A stretch of DNA of 64,000 nucleotides from Cyanophora paradoxa CCMP329 (GCA_004431415.1 QPMI01000557.1:1-64000), one strand, 5' to 3'; numbered from the stretch's first letter, positions 1 to 11,189 are shown. The notes: a model not told the origin generated them from the sequence alone. Translations and numbers: made by a program.

Positions 1-1
1 G

Positions 2-178
2 ACGACGACTGGAGACGTTCAGGGGGCGCAGATGGATTTTTACCGCTCGGAGCTCAAAAGACTGAAAGAAGGAAATGCATCGGGGGACAGGCTCCGCGCC
101 ATGGAAGAGAACATGCGCGACTTTAGCTACGTTATGGATCAGCTGACGGGAAGGGGTCAGAAAGACGCCGAAAACTGA
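2..178 (+). CDS. 3' end of hypothetical viral protein (truncated by window)
   Basis: Open frame from position 2 (...MDFYRSELKRLKEG...KDAEN*) ending at TGA 176-178, 8 bp before the next ATG. Confidence 0.55.
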   Translation, partial: TTTGDVQGAQMDFYRSELKRLKEGNASGDRLRAMEENMRDFSYVMDQLTGRGQKDAEN

Positions 179-186
179 GGAGAAAG

Positions 187-3100
187 ATGGCCGATGAGAA
201 GTGGAAAAACTTTGAGCGTCAGGCTGTTCAGAGGCCCATCAGCGATGCCATCTGGATAGCATACGGCGACGTGGAGGAGATGCACAGAGAACTGCGGACG
301 GAAGCGAGCCTGTGGCGGGGAGCCCTCGAATGGTCACGTACCGGATACAAAAGGGGGAGTTTTTGGCAGAGCTGCGAGCCAATCCGAAAACGGTGAGCGC
401 GGGCGCACAGAGCGCGTACCTCTCCATGGTCGATTACGTGGGCAAGCTGAGCAAATTTTGGGAAATGCGAAGAGCCATCATTCCAGCGGAGGGGCTCGCG
501 CAGTACGATGCCATGGTGCGCGATCTGGAGCCTTCAAACGTGAGCACCCACCCGCCAAATACAAGATCACATAGATACGACGGCATTCATGGGCGATCTA
601 AGGAAGAGAGGAGACGAGGCCAAGAGTCAGATCGAGGAGCGCTACAGAAAGGCCCAAGCGGACAAGGAGTACGCAAACAGGGTGATCGAAGAGCGGAAGC
701 AGCAAGCCAAGGAGAACGCGGCGAGACGCAACGCCGAGATAGAAGAGCAGAGGCGGAAGATCGCAGAGCGCAAGGCGGCAGAGGAAGAGGCAAGAAAGAC
801 CAAGGTAGAGACAGAGTACCAAGCATTGAAACGGGAGGCCAATCAACTGTTAAAAAGGAGGGGAAGGGCCTACGCCGACGAGGGCGCGGGCGTGGGCTCG
901 CCAGCCCGGACGACATCACCCTCGCGGAAAGGGACGACGTTTCCGTAGAGGAAATGCGCCCGGGCACGGCTCGCCTGCCCTCCGAGGGCGTATTTCAGAC
1001 GCTCGACAGGCGCGTGATGGGCGACTCGGACGTTATTCTGCGCAACGCCCTCATGCCCTACGGCGACTGGAACCGCGCCACCGCCGACGCCCTTGCCGAT
1101 TTCGACCTCGAGCGATTCACCACCAAAGAGCAGCGCGACGCCTTCCTGGGGCGCCCGAGGCCAGGCGGCCCGGGTGGCCAAGGAGGCCTTCAGCGCAGAG
1201 ACCCTCTTCTCCGCGATGGGTACGGCGAACAACGACGGCATGTCTTTCGGGGCAGCGATTTATTTCAGGGGGCGGGCATCGACTTGGTGGGCGCCGGGCT
1301 GGGGGTACGGGCTCGCGGGCCATGCGGCGGGCGGGCGCGGCGGCGGCCGGCCTTGGGCTGGCGACGGCGGGCGGCCTGCTCTCGGCCTACCAGGCGCTCT
1401 CGCAGGGCAAGATAGGGGAGGCCGAGTTCTTCGATACGTTCCGCGATCAGATGATCATGACGGTCGGCTCTTTTGGCCTTCAGACGGGCATGTCGTCCGC
1501 CCTGAGCGCCCTCACGAAAATGAGGATCGGCACGGTGGGCGGACTTGGCCTGTCCATCCTCGCGGGCGCCATCGCGCAGGTGATCGTGGATATCATCAAC
1601 GGGCGCAGCGCGGAAGAAATCGTGAAGAACTTTTCAAGTACCCCGTCGACTGGGCGACCGACACCATACAGTTCATCGCGGAGCTCTCGCAACAGATCTA
1701 CGACTGGGGCGTCGAGACGTGGGGCGACGAGGCGAGCCAGCTGCGCAACCGAATTAATCGGCTGGAGGGCGAGCTGGGCTCCGGATTTTTGGGTGTGTAC
1801 GACCCCTCGGAGGCGCGCGAAATGGCCTCGCTCTTGGCCCAGGAGCTGCGGTTAAACGAAATCAAGGAGCCGAAGGAGCTGCAGGCCTTCATTCGCGCGC
1901 TCGACAACAGCATCAACGATTACCGTACCCCCAAGGACCAGAAGACCCTGCTCGAAATCGATCGCGCGACCGTGCTCTTCCTCTCCCAGCTCACCGTTAA
2001 AATGCAGGAGGGCTTCGGGTCGACTTCGCTCGCCCTGAGTCGACTTATGCGCGACCTGAAGCAGATGATAAAGGAGGAGACCAAGGGGCGGAAGCGCGTC
2101 TTAATTGCCGTCTACCAGGAGGGCCTCAACAGGATCAATCACATCGAAGCCCTAAGGCGCGAATTCGGCTCGCCATCCGTCACTCGGGCGTCTCGTCGAA
2201 CGGAGGGGCGCAGGTGGCCCGCCTGGCGGACGCCAACTCGCGCCTCGAGATTCCCGGGACCTTCCGCATGCAGGATTGGTGGGAGGCCGAGGCCTTCAGG
2301 AATTACGGGGCCTTCATAGACAACGGGATCAATTCGCAGAGCCCCAAGGCAAACTGGCTGGTACCCAAGGCCTACGTCGATAAATTGGTTGACAGGCCTG
2401 CAGCACCATACACCAAGAAGATCGCCAAAGGCATCGAGTACTGGGCGCCCGAGCCAGGCCAGCCCGTGTTTGCATCGCAGAACTACGAGTGGCACATGGC
2501 GCCGGGGGCGAGCCAGGCCGTGAGCACCGTGGGCGTTGCCGTGCCGCAGCTGGCGACGGTGGCACACACGGGGCGTATGCAGATCTCAGCGGGAGGCCGA
2601 CGATACCCGTGATACCAACAACGTGGGCGTGGGATAGCATCACGGGGAAGCCGAGTACGTATCCCCACGCAGACCACCAGCACACCATCTCTCAGATCAG
2701 CGACTGGACGGCCCCGGACTTGACGAACATCTCCGTGGATTGGGACAACGTAACGGGCAAGCCACTTACCTTCCCCCCTCTACACACAGTCACAATGTGT
2801 ACTGGGATAATGTCATCGACCGACCCACTTCCTTCCCACCCTCTACGCACAGTCACACAGAGTACTCGCTCACCAGCCACGGGCACAGAAACGTGAACAT
2901 GGATGCGTACATAACGCACGGCACGTCCTTCCACTCCTACGCTGCGTACACGGAGTTTAACATCAATTCAACATACACGGTGACGTTCAACATTACATTC
3001 GGACAGGCGTACGACACTGGAGGCGGACTGGGGACCCAGCAAACCCAACGCCGGTTATTAACGTAACCCCCTCGTTCGACATCAATCCCGGCGGCAGCAC

Positions 3101-3250
3101 GGATGTCGATTTCTACGGGCCAACGTCACGGCGGTGAGTCACACTGGCTTTACAGTTAAAGTGAGATTCCAACCCAGAATGACGGTCACGCCCACCCAAA
3201 TTGTCCAGCTTTTTATTCATTGGACCGCGATCGGCAAGCTGCTTATGTAA
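187..3250 (+). CDS. Large (~1000 aa) structural protein: coiled coil, Gly/Ala hydrophobic segment, phage tail-fibre repeats and C-terminal H-lectin/gp53-like tip (several frameshifts)
   Basis: Overlapping ORF pieces 187, 312, 589, 1322, 1093, 2214, 2489 and 2740 join by single-base shifts. Motifs: ATVAHTGAYADLSGRPTIP; WDSITGKPSTYPHADHQH / WDNVTGKPLTFPP / WDNVIDRPTSFPPSTHSH repeats; C-terminus ...VSHTGFTVKVR...FIHWTAIGKLLM* (TAA 3248-3250). Confidence 0.65.
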
Positions 3251-3274
3251 TCGATTTTCTGATGCAATCCAAAA

Positions 3275-4335
3275 ATGTCGGTCGCTGTCCCTCTATTTAC
3301 CTATGCTGCCAGCGTGAATCACAAGGGCGATCACACGATTAAGGAGACCACCCTCGGAAACCAGGCCACCGAGGCCCCCTACAACGCCACGGCCGTCCCC
3401 TTTTCGAGGCCGACCTCGTCCGCGTCGGCGAGCTGCGCTGCGACAAGATGCGCACGCGGGAGGGCGGGTCGGCCGTGCCGGGGCGCGTGAGGACGCAGAG
3501 GCTCACCGTCACGAACGGGGCCTGGGACGGGAGCGGGTACACCACGAATCAGGTGACCTTTAATGGGACTGTGAACGGGGAGGGGAATGCGGCTCTGTAT
3601 GTGCAAGGAGGCGGAGCAAACGTGGTGGGGGGGCTTAGGGTGAGCGGGGCTTCAAACTTGGCGGGCATCGTTACATTGGACGATAAGCTGCAAATTACCG
3701 GAACGTCACCGTACATAAATGGCGGTGGTTCAGGCGTAGCTATAAAGTACAACGAAAACGATAGACTCCTCTGTGGGACTCTTGGCGTTGGTGTTACAGG
3801 TACTCTATTTACCTCGGCAATCGAAGGCCCTACTAATGGCCTAAGCATAGCAAACACTTCAATCGTTGATAGCGGAAGCGTCAGCTCTGGTCTATCCTTG
3901 AGAAACAACGGCACCGAACGACTGCTGTGCGGAACCGTCGGCGTTGGCATCACGGGTCGGCTCATCGTCTCGACGCTCACGGGCGATGGAAACCGAGCCG
4001 TTTATTCGGATGCTCAAGGATACCTGACAAACTCGTCGAGCGATAGCCGCCTGAAAGAAAATGTCGCGAGCATGTCGGGCATTCTCCCTCTTCTGCTGCA
4101 GCTGAATCCCGTGTCGTTCACCTGGAAGAACACATCCTCGGGGGGTTCGAAAACGGATTACGGTCTCATCGCACAGGAAGTCCAAGGCGTCTTCCCGAGT
4201 CTCGTTTTCGAGAACGCGGATGGATTTCTCGGGGTAAACTACGACAGGCTCATTTCCCTGTCGTTGAAGGCAATTCAGGAACTTTCACAAGAAGTTCAAA
4301 CTCTCAAAGACCAGGTAGCGGCACTGGCGAGCTGA
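3275..4335 (+). CDS. Tail fibre/spike protein with C-terminal peptidase S74 intramolecular chaperone
   Basis: Beta-rich repeats (ERLLCGTxGVG twice), then SSSDSRLKENV...LNPVSFTWK...YGLIAQEVQGVFP..V...GVNYDRLI...KAIQEL plus a coiled coil, the classic S74 signature. One frameshift near 3420-3450. Confidence 0.9.
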
Positions 4336-4355
4336 TCTGGAACAACTAGGAATAA

Positions 4356-6490
4356 CTACACCGCGAGTATCACAATTCGACCGTTGCCACCGTCGCTGAA
4401 AGACGAGCCACCGTTGCCGCCCCTACCAATGCCTGCTGCGTAGTGAGCGTCTCCGCTATTTCCTGCCACCTGGCCGGACCCAGGATACACCGTAGCATCC
4501 GTCAAGTTTCCTATGTAGCTCGAGCCACCGCCACCTCCAAACATTCTTGCTATTGGGTTCTCTGACACTCCGCTCCTGCTGGACCCAGAGCCTCCACCGA
4601 AGTAACCACCACCACCACCACCACCGAACCTGTAGCCGCTTGAATCAGGCCCAGTCTCTCCACCTTGGCGCAAAGTTCCCGGGTTGCTGGGCCTGGCCCT
4701 GAGGCCACAACACCGGCTCCGCCAGCGGTTTGGGTGCCTCCTTGAGCCGGTATCTCTCCGGTTACTCCAACCAACCCAGCCGCACCACCGGTCAACCCCC
4801 GCCTACTCCCCCGCCGCCATTCGAATCACATGTACCCCCACCTCCGCCCCTGCAACAACCAAGTCGGTCCCTGCAACGCGCTGAATTGCAGAACGACCAC
4901 CACCGGCGCCGTTTTTGTACTCCGGATCGACGCTATGGCTCCAGCCCCTTCCACCACCTCCGTAGACGGTAGCAGTGGCAGTCCCCGATACACCTTTGGG
5001 CCGCCGCATCCAACAACAAGGATGAGCGTCTCCCCCGAGGACACAGCCAATGTACCAACTACGCAAGCACCCGCGCCTCCACGGACCCCGTACCTGCGCG
5101 TTCTCCGCCTCCACCCCCGGCCGCCCATACGATGACACGCACAGCCACAGTCCCCGTTGGTACTACGAAAGTCTGGTCGGCCCCGGTGTAGGAGAATGTA
5201 CCCAAAACAGGAGCGTTTGCAGTTGTTGCACTGGCAGACGAGGACTGAGGGCCTTCCTCGCCGATCTGGTTGACGCCCTTGATGGTGTAAGTGTAAGTGG
5301 TTCCGTAAACGGTCGTTGTGTCCGAAAAGGGGCTGCTCGTGTCGCTGGCAAGGAACACGCCACCCCTGTAGATGTTGTAGGAGACGGTGACGCCCGTCAC
5401 CGGCACCGACCACTCGAGCACAACAGGCTGTGCTGCCCCGCCGCGGGGGTTGCAGTGAGCCCAGTGGGCGCCCCCGGGTCCGTGGTGACGTACGCCGCAA
5501 TACTCTTCGGCCCCTCCCCTCCCGTGTTCGTCGCGGAGATCTGGTACTCGTACCCTGTACCCCAGACGGTGGTCGTGTCGCTGTAGGAGTTGGTCGCGGA
5601 GTCTGTGAGGTAGGCCCCGTCTCTGTAAATCTTGTATCCCGTCGCTCCCGTGGACGCAGTCCAGCTGAGGCTGACAGGCTGCTGCTGGTCGTTGGGTGCT
5701 GATGCCGTCACGTTCGTGGGGGCGTTTGGCATAGTCCAGACCAGGAGCGGATCGGACTTGTCGTATTCGACACCGCCCACGATGCCGGCCACCTGGTAAG
5801 AGTATTCCGTGCCCCACGTAAGAGCAGTGCTATCGTCAATGTACGAGGTAGACAGGGCACTGCTCGCAAATCCGATTGGCGTACCGTTCCTGTAAATTCG
5901 AATCGAGTCCGCGCCCTCCATGGCCACCCAGTTGATTGTGACGACTATGGCGGGTTTCGGGAAGCCCGAAGACGCGGGGCCGCCCCCGGCAATAAAATCG
6001 CCGTAGGTCTGGGCCGTGGCGGTCGTGAGCGTGGTGTAGGCTTCGATCTGCGGGCTGAAGCCGCCTATGCCTTGGAAGAGAATGTAATTGCTCATGGCAC
6101 CCTCGTGGGTGTAGAGAAGCGACTGTGCGTAGGTTGTGGGCGGGGCTTTGCCATCAGAGCCCGTGCTGCTGCTGCCCTGTTCGCGAACCGCCGCCACGCG
6201 GTAGAGTCGCTGGGCCCCAAACTAAAGGGAGAGTCCGTGTAGGTGACGGTTGGCGCATTCACCGTGGCCACGAGATCCCAGGGGCCGTTGATGCTGGTCG
6301 CCCTGTACACCTTGTACTTGACGGCGTTGGTGACCGCGACCCAGTTCAGCTGAAAGCCGTACGTACTGTTCCCGTTGTTGAGCACGGAGCCCGATCGCAC
6401 CTGGGGCCTGCCCACAGTCAGCGAGATCGGCTCCACGCCATACTGCGGAGCCTGCACCACCTGCTTTTTCACGAATACGAAGCGGGGCAT
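4356..6490 (-). CDS. Surface/fibre protein with ~4 fibronectin type III repeats and a C-terminal glycine-rich (ALK/LTK GlyR-like) domain (frameshifted)
   Basis: FN3 motifs LSWTASTGATGYKIYRDG...YSDTT...YEYQISATN and APTGLTA. Gly-rich domain FSYTGADQTFVVPTG...GGGGGGYFGGG...GGGGGSSY...GGNGRIVI*. Confidence 0.85.
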
Positions 6491-6529
6491 TTTCCTCTAC
6501 GATCCGAAAAAATATCTGCCCCGGGGTAA

Positions 6530-7209
6530 ATGACTTCCAACTGGTACCAGACCCTCAGCGGCTCACTTGACGTTGGCAACAACACCAAGGATTTCGCACG
6601 CATACCCTCCGGCAGTTACGTCGACGTCTTTCTGCAGAATCCCGTCGTGATTCAGGTCGTTCAGAACGCCTACGCCACGCCCAAGATTTATTCCTACCAG
6701 CTCTTCTTCGACCCTCTGAGCCTCAGCGCAGAGGTTATCGAGCTGCTGCACGAATCAGGACTCGTGAAAAAGGTGGCACCTGCCACGGCCACTGCCAACG
6801 TCTTGCGCTGTCTCGAGGTCAAGTTCAGGGAGACGGGGTACGGCCCCACCGTGAACCGGTACCCCAGTTCTTCGAATCTTCCGGGTACGGGAACTTACCA
6901 GATGAGGGGTACGCTCAAGGGCGACGTGCTCTTCACGAAATTCAATCCAAGTCCCGCGACCCTGGGGGCCCTCTACACGGGCGGCAACCCACGCGGCTCG
7001 ACTCTACCCCGCTTCCCCTTCACCTTTTTCAGGTTCCAGGTCTTCCCCTCTCCTACGCCGCCGACCAGCCCCACTTCAGCACGGGCGCCAGCCTCTGCGC
7101 GGAGCTGCGTGAGTGCTCGATTTCCTACGCGTACGGCACCGACGCTGACTCTGTGCCTGGGGCCCGCGTCATGAACATCGGTGGCGACATCACCCTCTTT
7201 CACGGATAA
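6530..7209 (+). CDS. Hypothetical beta-rich virion protein A (~225 aa; paralog of next gene)
   Basis: ORF 6530 shifts near 7070 into ...GASLCAELRECSISY...ITLFHG* (TAA 7207-7209). Collinear motif similarity with 7233-8044. Confidence 0.7.
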
Positions 7210-7232
7210 TCTTTCTCATTTGAGGTCGCAAA

Positions 7233-8044
7233 ATGCCGACCACCTCGGCCACCATCGTGAAGACCGTGTCTGCCGGCTCGATCGTCCCCGATTTCTACGG
7301 CAACGCTGGGAACGTGGCCAACGCAGGGACGGACAAGGTGGAGTGGGACGGAAACTACGCCACCCCGCTCACCGTGAGGGTCCAGAATCCCGTCATGTTG
7401 CGCGTCACCTCCAACGATTTCGAGAATCCCGCCTCCTGCTCCGTGTACGTGTACTTTGACATCGACTCGGGCGTGAGCGCGGATGAGGCGGAGGCGCTCT
7501 GGCTCTCGGGCCTCCTGAAAAAGATAGAGCCCTCTGTGCCTGATCGGCCCGCCATTCGCGTGCTCGAACTCAAGTTCACCGCTAACACCGCCCTCACTCG
7601 CAAATTCGGGAATGGTGCGAATCCGAACATCAAAACGCATTTAGATGGCGCCCTCATCGATGCCACACACAAGACCACGCAGGCCGTTCCTTTGAGATGT
7701 ACAACCTCTGGAAGATGACCGCAAAGGAGATGATGACGAATGCCACCACGGGCGGCGCCTCGGGTACCGATTATTCATACGGCGCCTCGAATCCCCGTAC
7801 CCAGGTCTGGCCCCGGCTCCTCTTCACGAAATTCACTTTCAAATTGTACAACAACATCGCCGGAATGCCTACCTCTGGAATGGTCGTGGGCTCTACCCTC
7901 ATGGCCGAACTAATTGAGGCAGAGGCGGACTACACGACTGCGACTACCAACTCGACAGCGCCAGGCGCCGGAGCCGAAGTTTACGTGGCCTGGGAAACGG
8001 TCGGTCGCGAGTACGACACCAAGATTCACACCACTAGCGTCTAG
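7233..8044 (+). CDS. Hypothetical beta-rich virion protein B (~270 aa; paralog of previous gene)
   Basis: ORFs 7233-7718 and 7697-8044 are joined by one frameshift near 7690. AAAATG start. Confidence 0.7.
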
Positions 8045-8080
8045 ACTGGCTAAGCTGCATTAGCACCTGTGTCGCCTCCA

Positions 8081-8397
8081 TCATCTCCCGAATCTCCTCG
8101 CTCTTCTCCTGTAAATTGGCGTACCCCTCCTCTTCTTGCGAATCTCCGACATTGATGCCCAGCGCAGGTTCTCCCTCCTGTAGTCCAGCGGGTTGCCGTT
8201 GATGTGTTCCACGTAGCGTCCACGTGGCGACTTCCCGAGGATCAGCTGGGAGAGGTAGTGCTTGCGCCCTCCAAACGTCTTGCTCACCCTGTCCCTGTCC
8301 ACTCTCCAGGGAAACTCCAAGGCACTCGGGGTACGTCCGAGTTGACCAGGACGTTGTAGGCGACGTCTTGCGAGTCGGTGCACCGGAGCAGGGCCAT
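8081..8397 (-). CDS. HNH_3-type homing endonuclease-like protein (possibly catalytically degenerate)
   Basis: YLSQLILG...YVEHINGNPLDYRRENLRWAS resembles the HRLI...VDHING.RLDNRR.NLRW consensus. AAAATG at 8397 with one frameshift. Confidence 0.8.
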
Positions 8398-8418
8398 TTT
8401 GCCCTAGGTTCAGAAAAA

Positions 8419-8560
8419 CCTGGGACTTGGGACTTGGGACTTGGGACTTGGGACTTGGGACTTGGGACTTGGGACTTGGGACTTGGACTTGGGACTTGGG
8501 AAGAGTTGAAACCCAGGTCCCGGCCCAGACTTTCTCCAGGATCAGAAATTTGTCAGACAA
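8419..8560 (+). repeat. Telomere-like module 1: CCT(GGGACTT)x11 GGGAAGAGTT plus conserved flank
   Basis: Directly visible heptamer array 8422-8497, with one unit lacking a G. Confidence 0.95.
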
Positions 8561-8610
8561 GTCAGGTGAGTTTTTCTACCGACTTTTTTACTCCTACCAC
8601 TCCTCATACT

Positions 8611-8656
8611 CTTTTTTACTCGTAGTCTTTTTTACTCGTAGTCTTTTTTACTCGTA
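8611..8656 (+). repeat. 16-bp tandem repeat CTTTTTTACTCGTAGT x~3 inside the spacer between modules 1 and 2
   Basis: Copies at 8611, 8627 and 8643, with a degenerate copy at 8583. Confidence 0.9.
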
Positions 8657-8880
8657 TCCCATCTCGTACCCTCCTTCTCTCGACATCTCACACGAAAACT
8701 CCTACCCCTCTTCACATCCGTTTTCGGTTGCATACTCTCGTGAGCTTTCATGTCCAGTATCATGCTACAAGTCGTACACCAGTTCAGACTCTACCTCGCT
8801 TGAAATCTCACCTGGAATGTCACCAGAAACGTCATATGCAGATTTCCGTACCCCTCTACATGTCTGCCCGGTGGTTAGGG

Positions 8881-8998
8881 ACTTGGCGCGGCAAACTCTC
8901 AGATCCAGAGAGATTCTGGGCCCAGACCCTGAGTCTAACTCTTCCCAAGTCCCAAGTCCCAAGTCCCAAGTCCCAAGTCCCAAGTCCCAAGTCCCAGG
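8881..8998 (-). repeat. Telomere-like module 2 (7 units), inverted relative to module 1
   Basis: AACTCTTCCC(AAGTCCC)x7AGG. The flank is a diverged reverse complement of the module 1 flank. Confidence 0.95.
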
Positions 8999-9069
8999 AT
9001 CGCGCCAAGTCGTAACTGAATAGTCGGCCAATTTTTACAAGTATGTACAATGGAATGACGCAATACTAT

Positions 9070-10136
9070 TTACAGCATCTCAAAGTCAGAGTCATCGTCA
9101 TCGGAAACCAACTCAATGAGGCCCTCGGGCGCCGACTTAAGGGGAATGCGGGGAAGGGACTGCGCTGCCTGCACCAAGTCCTGCCGCTCGCGCTCGCGCT
9201 GCGCCGCCAAGGCCGCTGCCGCCTCTGCCTCGCGCTGCTGCTGAGCCTCGATGCGCGCCTTGAGCTCGGCCGCCTCCTTCTGCTTGCGCTCGGCGATCCG
9301 CGCCTTGTTGATCTGGTACTGGACAAGGCGCTCGTGGCGCCGCTTGCGCTCCAACTCCTTGCGGAGCTCGTTGCAGAGGACGCGCTTCTCAATGGTCTTG
9401 ACGTGCTGAGTCAGGCGCTCGCTGTAGTGTGACGTCACGCGAGAACGGGCAATGCCGGCGCCGAGCTTCAAGTCCTTCTCGTGTGCCTTGGCGGGGTCCT
9501 TGACGCGCTCGGAGTTGTCGGTGAATGACGTAGTCTCCATGAACTTCTTCTTGACGATTGACTTGGTCTTGATAATGCGGCGCTTGCGAGTCGGGTTTTC
9601 GTTGTCGCCTTCAGAGTCAGAAGACGACTCAGAGTCGTATGGAATCGGCACGTCAAAGTCGATGAAGTCGTTGATGTCAGACTCGACGTCAGAGGCCTCG
9701 GACTTGGCGTCATCGGCGGGCTCGGGGCGGGCTCGGCGACGGGCTGAGGGCAGATGACGACGATGACGGAGGGGGGTAATTCGTGAAGACTTGAGGGGGG
9801 TAGGCCCAGGCGAGCGTCTCGGCAGCAGACTCGGCGAAAAGCTTGGGTCGCCCCAGCCGTTGGCGGTCTTGACCCAGCCGGGGACGGGGGGCACGTCGAC
9901 GGGGGGCTCGGGCTTGGGTTGCTTGGACTTGGATTTCTTGGCCTTGGACGTGAAGGCGGACTTGGGAGAAGTTGCACTTCGGGGCCAGTGGCGCGTAAGA
10001 TGGCATAATTGTAGATGTACCCCAGAGCGTCGGCGCGCTGCTCCATCTCAGGGGTAGCCCCTTGAGTGCCACCGGAGTTAGCCCACGTTGCTTGGACAAA
10101 GGCGAAGTCCTCGGCAAGCTCAGCGGGAATCGACAT
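9070..10136 (-). CDS. Hypothetical regulatory protein (disordered N-terminus, basic NLS-like patch, coiled coil, C-terminal SIM-like motif)
   Basis: MSIPAELAEDF... shifts near 9970 into ORF 9070-9894. Contains RKRRIIK and ends LIELVSDDDDSDFEML*. Confidence 0.65.
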
Positions 10137-10475
10137 CTGCGCAAAGGGAAAAGAAATCAGCAAAGGCAAAACGTGAGGTGACTGTGAGGGCGGACTTGTG
10201 AAAATTCGGAGAGGCGGGGTTTCCTTGGGCTGAGAGAAGGCGGCGAACCCGTTTCAAGAGTGAGCCAAAATGGCGGCGGACCGCGGTTTTGTGGGCGATT
10301 TTTTTCGCGGTCTAGTTCGCAACGGAAAACGTTGCCAACTGGCCTGAAAAAAGCCAAATTTAGCGTTGGACCGAAGGCAGAAAAAGGGAGCCGGCCTGAC
10401 GGAAATCGCCCGAGTGCGTCCGCCGAAGGTCGAGTCTCGGATGGGGGGTACACCCTCAGGGGCCCCCCTGGCCCC

Positions 10476-10945
10476 TCACCCTGGTAGTGCCCTCTCAAAG
10501 GGATTTTCGAAGCCGTACAATTCTTGGTAAGTCTCGTAATCCGGGCTGTACCCCCTCACAATCTGCGGGAGCCCCATTGAAAGCCTCCGTCTATCCTCTC
10601 TCAATTCCCTGCGGAAAAGTCTACGGTCTTCTCGAGCTTCGCGTGTCACGCCAGCTGGGCGTGGTCTATGATTGTTAGGGTTGTCGTAGCCTGGTCCCAC
10701 CAGCCTCACGAAATTTTCGCGTATGGCCTCGGGAGGCTCTGGAAACGGCTCGTCGCGTGGAACTCAATCCATTCATTGAATCGACGCGGATATTGACGGA
10801 TGACTTCAAGCACGCCCTGTGTGTTGGGCTCTGGTGTTACGTCGGGGATGTCATGTCCCGTGAGGTGCCAACGCCAGAACTCGCGCAACCTCTCGAATGC
10901 CATATTCAACTCAAAGGGAAAATCGTAATAGAGATTGCCTGACAT
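10476..10945 (-). CDS. Hypothetical protein (~155 aa, one frameshift)
   Basis: AAAAATG at 10945, MSGNLYYDFPFEL..., continuing into ORF 10476-10709. Confidence 0.55.
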
Positions 10946-10949
10946 TTTT

Positions 10950-11058
10950 CTCCCCGTCCGAAAATTTCCCCGCTTTTGGGTCCAGACTCTGATTCCAACT
11001 CTTCCCAAGTCCCAAGTCCCAAGTCCCAAGTCCCAAGTCCCAAGTCCCAAGTCCCAGG
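10950..11058 (-). repeat. Telomere-like module 3 (7 units), direct repeat of module 2
   Basis: CCAGACTCTGATTCCAACTCTTCCC(AAGTCCC)x7AGG. Confidence 0.95.
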
Positions 11059-11189
11059 TCACATTTTTCTCCCATTTTGACTCGAGATTCTGACCAAGTC
11101 CAAATCCGGGCCCGGGATTCGAACCCTCGTTTTCGATCGATTTCACGCGTGAAAACGGCACTTTTCGGCCTTTTCCGATTTTTCCTTTC

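Noticed and set aside
8419-8998. CRISPR array or true chromosome telomere
   Set aside because: There are no unique spacers between units and no cas genes. The arrays are short, internal and in both orientations.
8224-9050. ORFs with LGLGTWD / PSPKSQV repeats
   Set aside because: These are translations of the heptamer DNA arrays in several frames, not credible proteins.
187-10945. Calling the viral genes pseudogenes because of their many frameshifts
   Set aside because: The breaks look like single-base indels without accumulated in-frame stops, and similar slips occur in the LINE and host exons. Long-read consensus error is at least as likely; short-read polishing is needed to decide.
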